The translations under genes and the position numbers were made by a program. The notes beneath the pieces are model-generated. The model was given only the letters and a program-made list of their open reading frames with translations. It was not told the origin of the DNA and ran no database searches. 64,000 nt of DNA from Acetobacteraceae bacterium (GTDB lineage: Bacteria > Pseudomonadota > Alphaproteobacteria > Acetobacterales > Acetobacteraceae): assembly GCA_035569235.1 (NCBI GenBank), contig DATMND010000003.1:3238-67237 (forward strand). The letters are read 5' to 3'. This document shows positions 47,136-55,152 of the stretch, one piece after another. Each line of letters starts with the position of its first letter. Within the stretch, counting starts at the first letter, position 1.

Positions 47136-48325
47136 CCTGCGGCATCCTCGGACCTTAGGGCGGGGAAATGATGCACCGGCAGCCGCGGCAACACCTCGGT
47201 CGCGAACAGCCGTATGCTCTTCTCGGCCTCGGCGTGCGTCAGGAAACCCGAGCGCCCGATGAAGATAAGATGGCCGAAACCGCCCAGTTCATTGTAGCAC
47301 TCCATGATCTGCCGATACACGGTCTCCGGACTGCCGGCGAACATCAGCCTGCTTGCGATCGCCTGTTCCGCGGTCATGCCGACCAGCGCATCGGCGGGCC
47401 GCGCGCCCGCCTGAGGCCCGGTGCGATAGATCCGCGGCGCCAGTTCAGGCGGCGTGCGGCCCGGCAGGAATTTCGAATACTGCGGTGCCTGCTTCAAACT
47501 GGTGTTGAGGAACCACAAAAGCTTGCCGCCGACGCGCACGCCTTCTTCGTCGGTGTCACCAACATAAACGAATGCCGTATAGGCGAAGCGATCGAGACCC
47601 GGCGCAGGCAGACCGGTTTGCTCGCGCGCCTCCCGATACGCCGCCCACGCGCGTTTGGTACCGTCCATGCCGCGCAGCACCAGTGCGTTGACCATCCCGC
47701 GCCGGCCCAGTTCGCGCGACGTTTCAGGATCGCCGGTCGCGGCCCACAGCGGCGGGTGCGGGCGTTGAAAACAGGGCGGCCAGATGTTCACATGGCGATG
47801 CGTGAAGTGCCTGCCCTCCCAACTGAACGGACCCTCGTGGTTGGTCAGCGTCTTCACGATCAGGTCGATTGCCTCCCAGAAACGCTCAACGATGCCGACG
47901 GGATTGGCATTGCCCGACGCCATCTCGCTGTCGCCCGACTTTACAAACCCTATCTCCAACCGGCCGCGCGAGATCACGTCGGCCATGGCATACTCCTCGG
48001 CCACGCGCACGGGATCGCGCCGCACGGTGACCAGCGTGCCTTGGCTGAGGATCCGTACCTTGCGCGTCTGCCGGGCGATGATGCCGAGGATCAGCGGACT
48101 TGCACCGTAAAGACTGTTGATTCCCGCATGATGTTCGATCGAGACGATGTTCACGCCAAGGTCGTCGCACAGCAGGTGTTCGTCCAGGCATTCGTGGAAG
48201 AGGTCGGCAGCGATCGTCGGATCGCAGTATTTGTTGGGCAGGCTGCCGCGCACGGAATCGGCGCGATCGAGCACTTCCTGCGGGACGAACGGGTAGGTGT
48301 TCTCGCAATGATACCAGGCCTGCAT
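47132..48325 (-). CDS. LLM-class (luciferase-like) flavin-dependent oxidoreductase
   Basis: 397 aa with a luciferase-like monooxygenase pattern (SIEHHAG, LEIGFVKSGD). It overlaps tenA by 4 nt. Confidence 0.75.
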   Translation of the reverse strand: MQAWYHCENTYPFVPQEVLDRADSVRGSLPNKYCDPTIAADLFHECLDEHLLCDDLGVNIVSIEHHAGINSLYGASPLILGIIARQTRKVRILSQGTLVTVRRDPVRVAEEYAMADVISRGRLEIGFVKSGDSEMASGNANPVGIVERFWEAIDLIVKTLTNHEGPFSWEGRHFTHRHVNIWPPCFQRPHPPLWAATGDPETSRELGRRGMVNALVLRGMDGTKRAWAAYREAREQTGLPAPGLDRFAYTAFVYVGDTDEEGVRVGGKLLWFLNTSLKQAPQYSKFLPGRTPPELAPRIYRTGPQAGARPADALVGMTAEQAIASRLMFAGSPETVYRQIMECYNELGGFGHLIFIGRSGFLTHAEAEKSIRLFATEVLPRLPVHHFPALRSEDAAG

Positions 48326-48340
48326 TTGGATCCCCTCCGG

Positions 48341-50692
48341 CTAATGCGAAGCCGCGTGGATCGCACGCCAGACACGCTCCGGCGTCGCCGGCATTTCGAT
48401 ATGCGTCACGCCAAAATCCGCCAGCGCATCGACGATGGCATTGACCACCGCACCCAGCGCCGGCGTCGTGCCGCCTTCGCCGGCTGGGCGGATGCCAAGC
48501 GGGTGCGTCGGCGACGGCACTTCGCTGAGTTCCAAATCGAAGAACGGCACGTCGGCTGCGCGGGCGATCGCATAATCCATGAACGAACCTGACAGAAGCT
48601 GGCCGGACTGCGGATCGTAGCAGCATTGTTCCAACAGCGCCTGGCCGATGCCGTGCGTAATGCCGCCTTGCACCTGGCCATGCACGATCATCGGATTGAC
48701 CGCGCGCCCGACATCGTCCACGGCCGAATAGCGCACGATGCGGACAACGCCCGTGTCCGCATCGACTTCTGCTTCGCAGACATGGCAGCCGTAGGGAAAC
48801 GCGGCCAGCGGCATGGTCTCGTCACCGACCGCAGCAAGTTCGCCGCGCAGATCATCCGGTAGGTCGTTGCGCTGCGACGCAGCCGCGGCAACTTCGAAAA
48901 TGCCGATGGAGCGGTCGGTTCCCTTCACAATGAAGCGGCCACCGGTGAATTCCAGATCGGCCGCAGCAACCTCCAGCACGTGACTGGCAATTCGCATTCC
49001 CTTGGCGATGATCTGATTCGACGCGCTGAGCATGACGATGCTGCCGAGCCGCAGGGCGCGCCCTGAATGCGAGCCGCCGCCGACCGAGACGCGCGCGGTA
49101 TCGCCGGTGATCAGCGACACGCATTCGATCGGCACGCCAAGCCATTCGCCGACAAGTTGGGCAAAACTGGTTTCGTGCCCCTGGCCACTGGAGACCGTGC
49201 CGATGACGACCTCCACAGCACCTTCCGGGCGCACCGTGACTTCGGCACGCTCGCGCGGCACGCCGGTCGCGGTATCGACATAGTTGGCGACCCCGACGCC
49301 GCGATACAGGCCGCGTGTCCGCGCCTCCGCGCGCCGTGCCACAAATCCGGACCACTCGCCCAGGCCGAGCACGCGTTCCATCACCTGATGGTAGGCACCG
49401 CTGTCGTAGATCATGCCAAACGGGTTGCGATACGGCATCGCTGATTCGGGCACGAGATTGCGCCGCCGCAGTTCGATGCGATCGAAGCCTCCTTGCAGCG
49501 CCGCGAGATCGATCAGCCGCTCCATGACGAACATCGCCTCCGGCCGCCCAGAACTGCGATAGGGGCGTGTTGACGCGGTGTTGGTCAGCACGCCACGCGC
49601 TCGGAAATGCACGGACGGGACATGATAGATGCTGGTCATGATCTCGACGCCCTTCTGCAAAGGGCCGAAGGCGATCGGATAGGCGCCATTGTTGACGATG
49701 TTGGAGCCGCGCAGCGCCAGGAATTTTCCCCCCACATCCAGCGCCAGTTCCGCATCGCAGGTCAGATCGCGCGCCTGGTAGTCGCAGAGAAACGCTTCGC
49801 CGCGTTCGCAGGTCCACTTCACCGGGCGGCCGACGCGTCGCGCCGCCCACAGGACCAGCGCGAATTCGGGGTTCGACGCTCCGCGTGTACCAAAATTCCC
49901 GCCGACATCGTGCATTACCATCCGCACCCGGTCGTCCGGAACGCCCAGCACCACCGCCATGTCATGGCGCGGACGCACCGCGCCACCAGCGCCCGCATGC
50001 AGCGTGTACTGTCCCGCCGCCTCGTCGTAGGCGCCGACCGCCGCGCGCGGTTCCATGGTGACGCCGGCGATGCGCTGCACCGAAGTGCTGAAGGAAACCA
50101 CGTGCGCGGCATTGGCGAATGCCGCCTCGGTCGCGCGTGGGTCGCCCACTTCGGCATCCAGGCAGACATTCGTTTTTGCATCGTTCCGCGCGAGCGCAGC
50201 GTTCGGTGCAACCGCGCTGCGTGACCGCGTGACCGCGGGCAACGGCGCATAATCCACCGCCACGAGTTCCGCGGCATCCTTCGCCGCGGAGACGCTCGTA
50301 GCGACGACCATGGCGACGATTTCGCCGACATGCCGCGCCTCGTCCGTTGCCATCGGGAAGTGCGGCGGAATGAATGGCTCCGAGCCGTCCATATTCTCAA
50401 GCTGGATGTCCGCGGGAGACCCCATGCGAACCGCATGCGGGATCGGATGCAACCCGTCAGCCAGCAGATCGCGCCCGGTCAGCACGGCCAGCACACCTGG
50501 CGCCGCCACGGCCGCGCGCGTGTCGATTGCACGGATTTGCGCGTGCGCATGCGACGACCGAACCATCATGGCATAGGTCTGACGCGGGACATTGACGTCG
50601 TCGCTGTAGCGCCCCTGACCGGTCAACAGGCGCAGGTCTTCCCGGCGGCGTACCGGCTGACCGATCCCGGTGCTCGTGGGGTGCATGGACAT
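48341..50692 (-). CDS. Molybdopterin-binding large subunit of a xanthine dehydrogenase/aldehyde oxidase/CoxL-family hydroxylase
   Basis: 783 aa. N-terminal IGQPVRRREDLRLLTGQGRYSDD, internal GGNFGTRG and GGGSHSGR, and C-terminal PAGEGGTTPALGAVVNAI. Confidence 0.9.
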   Translation of the reverse strand: MSMHPTSTGIGQPVRRREDLRLLTGQGRYSDDVNVPRQTYAMMVRSSHAHAQIRAIDTRAAVAAPGVLAVLTGRDLLADGLHPIPHAVRMGSPADIQLENMDGSEPFIPPHFPMATDEARHVGEIVAMVVATSVSAAKDAAELVAVDYAPLPAVTRSRSAVAPNAALARNDAKTNVCLDAEVGDPRATEAAFANAAHVVSFSTSVQRIAGVTMEPRAAVGAYDEAAGQYTLHAGAGGAVRPRHDMAVVLGVPDDRVRMVMHDVGGNFGTRGASNPEFALVLWAARRVGRPVKWTCERGEAFLCDYQARDLTCDAELALDVGGKFLALRGSNIVNNGAYPIAFGPLQKGVEIMTSIYHVPSVHFRARGVLTNTASTRPYRSSGRPEAMFVMERLIDLAALQGGFDRIELRRRNLVPESAMPYRNPFGMIYDSGAYHQVMERVLGLGEWSGFVARRAEARTRGLYRGVGVANYVDTATGVPRERAEVTVRPEGAVEVVIGTVSSGQGHETSFAQLVGEWLGVPIECVSLITGDTARVSVGGGSHSGRALRLGSIVMLSASNQIIAKGMRIASHVLEVAAADLEFTGGRFIVKGTDRSIGIFEVAAAASQRNDLPDDLRGELAAVGDETMPLAAFPYGCHVCEAEVDADTGVVRIVRYSAVDDVGRAVNPMIVHGQVQGGITHGIGQALLEQCCYDPQSGQLLSGSFMDYAIARAADVPFFDLELSEVPSPTHPLGIRPAGEGGTTPALGAVVNAIVDALADFGVTHIEMPATPERVWRAIHAASH

Positions 50693-50722
50693 CGTCGGCT
50701 CCCGAAGCAAAGCGCTTTTCCC

Positions 50723-50798
50723 GTCATGGCGGGCGCGACCCGGCCATCCAATGCGCCACCGTGCCGGACGGGATGGCCGCGTCAAGCCCGGCCATGAC
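50723..50798. repeat. REP family B: inverted pair of GTCATGGCCGGGCTCGACCCGGCCATCC-type units
   Basis: A forward unit at 50723-50749 and a reverse unit at 50771-50798. A nearly perfect second pair lies at 57092-57167. Confidence 0.85.
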
Positions 50799-50868
50799 GG
50801 GGGGAGGACGTTCGTCTCAACCCAGAAACGTATCCGCGCGCCTTATCTTATAACACGAGCGCGCGCCG

Positions 50869-51834
50869 CTACTCCCCGCAGAGCCCACTCATGATGTCGC
50901 CATGCAGCGCGCCAAGCTCGCGCTGCAACGTGTCGAGGAAAGGCGACAGTCCGCGGGCAAGAATCTCATCGATCGTCTGGCTCGCCAGCATGGCGCGCAG
51001 GTCGTCCAGCCGTTCCAGCGCCGGCGCACAGCCCCGCAGATGGTACTGGCTGCGCAACTGGTTCAAATGCCAGTCCAGCTGCGCCAGGTTCAGCCCGGCC
51101 GAACGCGGGAAAGCGCCGTTCAGCAACAGGAAGCCGGCCACCTCGCGTGGCACATAGCCATGCGGATATTCGCGGCGATACGCATGATAGCCGGCGGCAG
51201 CACGCAGCAGCGCATTCCATTCGCCGGCGTCGATCGCGGCATCGGTGGCGGCAAGCGGCAGCAGCGCATTGAACTTGGTGTCGATCAGCCGCGTGATCTG
51301 GTCGGTGCGTTCCAGGTGACGCCCCAGCATGTAGAAGTGCCAGCACTGGTCCCGATAGAACGTCCCCTCGGTGATGCCGCCATGCGCCTGCACGCCCTCC
51401 TTCAGCATGGCGCACACCGCGGACAGACTCTCCTGCGCCACGTCCGGTTCACCCAGCGCGCGGATGCGCGTGTGGAACACGTTGATCTGCAGCCACATCT
51501 CAGTGGAGATCAGCGCGCGCAGCGTGCGGGCATTCTCCCGCGCATAGGCGATCGCCGTCTGCACCGAGGCCGGGGTCGTCGCATCCAGCAGGTAGAACCG
51601 CGCGACGCTGATCGCATCGGCGTGGTCATGCCTGGCGAAGAACTCGGCGCCGTCGCCGTTGATCCGCAGCAGCGAGAGCCAGTTGCGCCCAGCCTCCCCT
51701 TCGCTGGCGAACGTCTTGGTCACGTCGAGCAGCCGCGCCAGGTTCTCGATCCGCTCCATGTAGCGGGCAAACCACAGCGCGCTGCCGGCGTGGCGCGCGA
51801 TCAGGTGGTGCGTGCCAATGACGGATTCGCTCAT
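50869..51834 (-). CDS. Alpha-E domain protein (DUF403)
   Basis: 321 aa starting MSESVIGTHHLIARHAGSALWFARYMERIENLARLLDV. Its start overlaps the stop of the ATP-grasp gene (ATGA). The longer track ORF is an upstream extension. Confidence 0.8.
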   Translation of the reverse strand: MSESVIGTHHLIARHAGSALWFARYMERIENLARLLDVTKTFASEGEAGRNWLSLLRINGDGAEFFARHDHADAISVARFYLLDATTPASVQTAIAYARENARTLRALISTEMWLQINVFHTRIRALGEPDVAQESLSAVCAMLKEGVQAHGGITEGTFYRDQCWHFYMLGRHLERTDQITRLIDTKFNALLPLAATDAAIDAGEWNALLRAAAGYHAYRREYPHGYVPREVAGFLLLNGAFPRSAGLNLAQLDWHLNQLRSQYHLRGCAPALERLDDLRAMLASQTIDEILARGLSPFLDTLQRELGALHGDIMSGLCGE

Positions 51835-53273
51835 GCCAGCACCCAGGTGTCCTTGGAGCCACCGCCCTGCGAGGAATTGACCACCAGCGAGCCCGCCCGC
51901 AGCGCCACCCGCGTCAGCCCGCCCGGCAGCACCCAGGTATCGCGACCGGTCACCGCGAAGGGACGCAGATCGATGTGCCGCGCATTGACGCCGTCGTCGC
52001 CCAGCGTCGGGCTGACCGAAAGCCGCACCATCGGCTGGCTGATATAGTTCGTCGGGTTGGCCTTGAGCCGGGCGCGGAACTCCTCCAGTTCCAGCTTGGT
52101 GGCGTGCGGGCCGATCAGCAGCCCATAGCCGCCGGACTCCGCCACCGGCTTCACCACCAGTTCGTGCAGATGATCGAGTGTATACGACAGTCCGTCCGGC
52201 TCCGCGCATATACGCGTGTCCACATTTGGCAGGATCGCATCCTCGGCCAGGTAGTAGCGGATGATGCGCGGCATGTAGGCGTACACCGCCTTGTCATCGG
52301 CGACGCCCGTGCCGACCGCATTGGCGATCGCCACCGCGCCGCGACGCCAGGCGTCCATCAGCCCACGGACGCCCAACTTGCTGTCCGGCCGGAACGCGTC
52401 GGGATCGAGAAAATCGTCGTTCAGCCGGCGGTAGATCGTGTGCACCGGCGCGAGCCCCGCCGTGGTGCGCATCCAGACTGAGCCGCCTTCGACCAGCAGG
52501 TCCTGCCCCTCGACCAGCGGAACGCCCATCTCGCGCGCCAGGAACACGTGCTCGAAATAGGCCGAATTGAAGATGCCGGGCGACAGCAGCACCACCTGAG
52601 GATGCATCACGCCAGGCGGTGCGATCTCGGTCATCGCGCGGTGCAGCCGCAGGCCGTATTCGTCCACCCCGCGCACATTCAGCCCGGCCATCAGGTCCGA
52701 CAGCACGCGCAGCGTCATGTGCCGGTTCTCGACCACGTAGGCGACGCCGGAGGGCGTGCGGGCATTGTCCTCCAGCACCAGGAAGCGCCCGGCGTCGTCG
52801 CGGATGATGTCGGTGCCGCAGACGTGCACGTAGGTGCCGAATGGCGGTTCGAACCCGACCATCGCCTGCGAGTAGCCGGCGTTGCGCAGCACAAGCGCGC
52901 GCGGCACGACGCCATCGGCGAGAATTTTCTGGTCGTGGTAAACGTCGTATAGGAACAGGTTCAGCGCACGCACGCGCTGGATCACGCCGGCTTCCAATGT
53001 GCGCCATTCCTCGGCCGTGATCACGCGCGGGATCAGGTCGAACGGCAGGATACGGTCGATCGCTGTCGCGTCCGAGTAGACGGTGAAGGTGATGCCCCGC
53101 TCCAGCAGATCGCGTTCGGCATCGGCGGCACGCCGGCGCAACGCGTCGATCGGCATTTGCCGGAGGCGTTCCAGCAGCAGCGACAAGGCGAGGTGGGGTT
53201 CCTGTCCGGGCCGCAGCATCTCGCAGAACAGGCTGCCCGGATCGTATCCCGCCAGAAGGCCGCCCTGTCGCAT
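51831..53273 (-). CDS. Circularly permuted type-2 ATP-grasp protein (DUF404/DUF407)
   Basis: 480 aa whose overall pattern (GITFTVYSD...RILPFDLIPR, VVKPVAESGGYG) is typical of this family. It is paired with an alpha-E gene. Confidence 0.8.
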   Translation of the reverse strand: MRQGGLLAGYDPGSLFCEMLRPGQEPHLALSLLLERLRQMPIDALRRRAADAERDLLERGITFTVYSDATAIDRILPFDLIPRVITAEEWRTLEAGVIQRVRALNLFLYDVYHDQKILADGVVPRALVLRNAGYSQAMVGFEPPFGTYVHVCGTDIIRDDAGRFLVLEDNARTPSGVAYVVENRHMTLRVLSDLMAGLNVRGVDEYGLRLHRAMTEIAPPGVMHPQVVLLSPGIFNSAYFEHVFLAREMGVPLVEGQDLLVEGGSVWMRTTAGLAPVHTIYRRLNDDFLDPDAFRPDSKLGVRGLMDAWRRGAVAIANAVGTGVADDKAVYAYMPRIIRYYLAEDAILPNVDTRICAEPDGLSYTLDHLHELVVKPVAESGGYGLLIGPHATKLELEEFRARLKANPTNYISQPMVRLSVSPTLGDDGVNARHIDLRPFAVTGRDTWVLPGGLTRVALRAGSLVVNSSQGGGSKDTWVLA

Positions 53274-53466
53274 CCGTCACCCCCGATCGGGTCGCCCTGC
53301 TCGCGGCCTATCTTGCACTTTTCGTGCCGGCTTGCCACGCAATTGCAACGTGCGGGTGATTGCCGAAATACGCATCCGGGCTGCTCATTCCGCGGACTGG
53401 GGTTGCCTGTTCAACGGGCACCAGACCGGCCTTGCGATGGTCCTGATCCGACGGTACACGCCGCAC

Positions 53467-53682
53467 ATGGCAAAGACCGGAGCCGAACGGACCCGACGGA
53501 GCCGCGCCAAGCTGCACGACACCGGCCTTCGCCCGAAGCGGATCTGGGTATCGGACGGCCGTCCGCCGACATTTCTGCGGGAAGCGCGGCAGCAATCGAA
53601 ACTTATGGCGCGGAGCGGTGCCAGCATCGACGCGATGGAATTCATGGAATCGATCGCCGCGCTCGACGATGACGAGGGGTGA
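53467..53682 (+). CDS. DUF3018/MazE-like antitoxin
   Basis: 71 aa. MAKTGAERTRRSRAKLHDTGLRPKRIWVSDGRPPTFLREARQQ matches the DUF3018 pattern (R..R.RLR..GLRPvqIWVpD). Confidence 0.6.
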   Translation: MAKTGAERTRRSRAKLHDTGLRPKRIWVSDGRPPTFLREARQQSKLMARSGASIDAMEFMESIAALDDDEG

Positions 53683-53733
53683 CGGCGTCATCGTCGCCGA
53701 CCGCCGCATGTCGTTTTCATCAGCCCCGGCATG
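53669..53733 (+). pseudogene. Truncated MazF/PemK-like toxin gene (first ~11 codons only)
   Basis: The ATG overlaps the antitoxin 3' end and encodes MTRGDGVIVAD, like MazF/PemK N-termini (M.RGD.V.V). The reading frame then runs into repeat sequence. Confidence 0.4.
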
Positions 53734-53790
53734 CTCGTCATCGCTGCCACTCTCGTCATCCCCGTCGCTCTCGTCATCCCCGTCGCTCTC
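53734..53790. repeat. 18-bp tandem repeat (ctcgtcatccccgtcgct, about 3 copies)
   Basis: The units at 53734-53751 (degenerate), 53752-53769 and 53770-53787 run directly into a REP-A unit. Confidence 0.9.
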
Positions 53791-53878
53791 GTCATCCCCG
53801 CGAAAGCGGGGACCCATGTCGCAACTGGGTCCCCGATTTCGCGGGGATGACGAGAGTGATCGCGGGGATGACGAGAGG
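53791..53878. repeat. REP family A inverted pair plus partial copies
   Basis: gtcatccccgcgaaagcggggaccca (53791-53816), a 9-nt spacer, then tgggtccccgatttcgcggggatgac (53826-53851), followed by gcggggatgacgagag partial copies. Confidence 0.9.
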
Positions 53879-53906
53879 GTCGTAAGAGACGAGCGGTGAC
53901 CAATCG

Positions 53907-55142
53907 TTGACCGCTTCGCATGTGCATGTCGTCGGCGCCGGCCTGGCCGGCCTGTCCGCCGCGGTTGCGCTGAGCCAGGCAGGGCGGACGGTCACGGTCC
54001 TCGAGTCCGGGCCGGCTGCCGGTGGGCGGTGCCGGTCGTATTTCGACCGTGAGCTCGGTCTGCGCATCGACAACGGCAACCACCTCCTGCTGTCGGGCAA
54101 TCGCGCGGCCTTCGCCTATATCGATGGGATTGGGGCGCGAGAGACGCTGGCCATGCTGGACGAGCCGTCATTTCCCTTCATGGACCTCGGGAACGGCCAG
54201 ACCTGGATACTGCGGCCGAACCTTGGCCGCGTCCCCTGGTGGGTCCTCTCCCGAGAGCGCCGCGTACCGGGCACGCTCCCGGCCGACTATCTCGCCCTGC
54301 GCCGGCTCATGAGTCCGACGAGCGATGCAACAGTCGCAGCCTCGCTGCGGCACGACACGCTGTACCATCGGCTGGTCGAACCGCTCGCGATAGCGGCGCT
54401 GAACACGCCGCCGGACGCGGGCTTGGCGCGGCTGCTTGGCGCGGTCGTGCGCGAGACACTGTTCCGCGGCGGCAGCGCCTGCATTCCGGCCTTTCCGCGC
54501 GAGGGTCTGTCAGAGAGCCTGGTTGATCCAGCCGTCGCGTGGCTCCAGGCGCGCGGCAACGACGTGCTGTTCGGGCAGCGGGTCGTCGCGCTGCATGTTG
54601 CCGATGCTCGCCTAAACGCCCTGCATACGACAGACGGCCCCATGCCGGCCGAGGCCGTGGTAGTCGCGGTTCCGCCCTGGGTGGCCGCCGACTTGCTGCC
54701 CGGCATTCCGGTGCCAGGCGAGTTCCAGGCGATCTTGAACATCCATTTCCGGGTAGAAGCGGATCCCGGTCCGGCCGGCTTCGTTGGCCTGATCGGCGGC
54801 ACCGCCGAGTGGGTGTTCGTCAAGCGCGGCCATGTTTCGGTGACCATCAGCGCGGCCAACCGCATGGTGGACCAGAGCGCCGATGCGATTGCCGCCGCCG
54901 TCTGGCCCGACGTGCAGGCAGCCCTCGACCTGAAGGGTCCGCTTCCGCCATGGCGCGTGGTGAAGGAGCGCCGCGCCACGTTCGCGGCGACCGCCACGCA
55001 GGAACGGCTGCGACCGGCAGCGCGCACAAATGTGGCAAACCTCGTGCTGGCCGGCGACTGGACCGCGACCGGGTTGCCGGCCACCATCGAAGGTGCCATC
55101 AGGTCCGGCCGAACGGCGGCGGAGGTCCTCCTCGCCGCGTGA
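53907..55142 (+). CDS. hpnE: Hydroxysqualene dehydroxylase HpnE (FAD-dependent, phytoene desaturase-like)
   Basis: N-terminal dinucleotide fold VHVVGAGLAGLSAAVAL, amine-oxidase-like length (411 aa), and a position immediately upstream of shc. The start is TTG 53907 or GTG 53922. Confidence 0.8.
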   Translation: MTASHVHVVGAGLAGLSAAVALSQAGRTVTVLESGPAAGGRCRSYFDRELGLRIDNGNHLLLSGNRAAFAYIDGIGARETLAMLDEPSFPFMDLGNGQTWILRPNLGRVPWWVLSRERRVPGTLPADYLALRRLMSPTSDATVAASLRHDTLYHRLVEPLAIAALNTPPDAGLARLLGAVVRETLFRGGSACIPAFPREGLSESLVDPAVAWLQARGNDVLFGQRVVALHVADARLNALHTTDGPMPAEAVVVAVPPWVAADLLPGIPVPGEFQAILNIHFRVEADPGPAGFVGLIGGTAEWVFVKRGHVSVTISAANRMVDQSADAIAAAVWPDVQAALDLKGPLPPWRVVKERRATFAATATQERLRPAARTNVANLVLAGDWTATGLPATIEGAIRSGRTAAEVLLAA

Positions 55143-55152
55143 GCACGAGACC

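Noticed and set aside
53310-53350. Sigma54 -24/-12 promoter (ttgccacgcaattgcaa) upstream of the antitoxin gene
   Set aside because: The -24 element reads GC instead of the invariant GG, and the GG-to-GC spacing does not fit the TGGCAC-N5-TTGC consensus.
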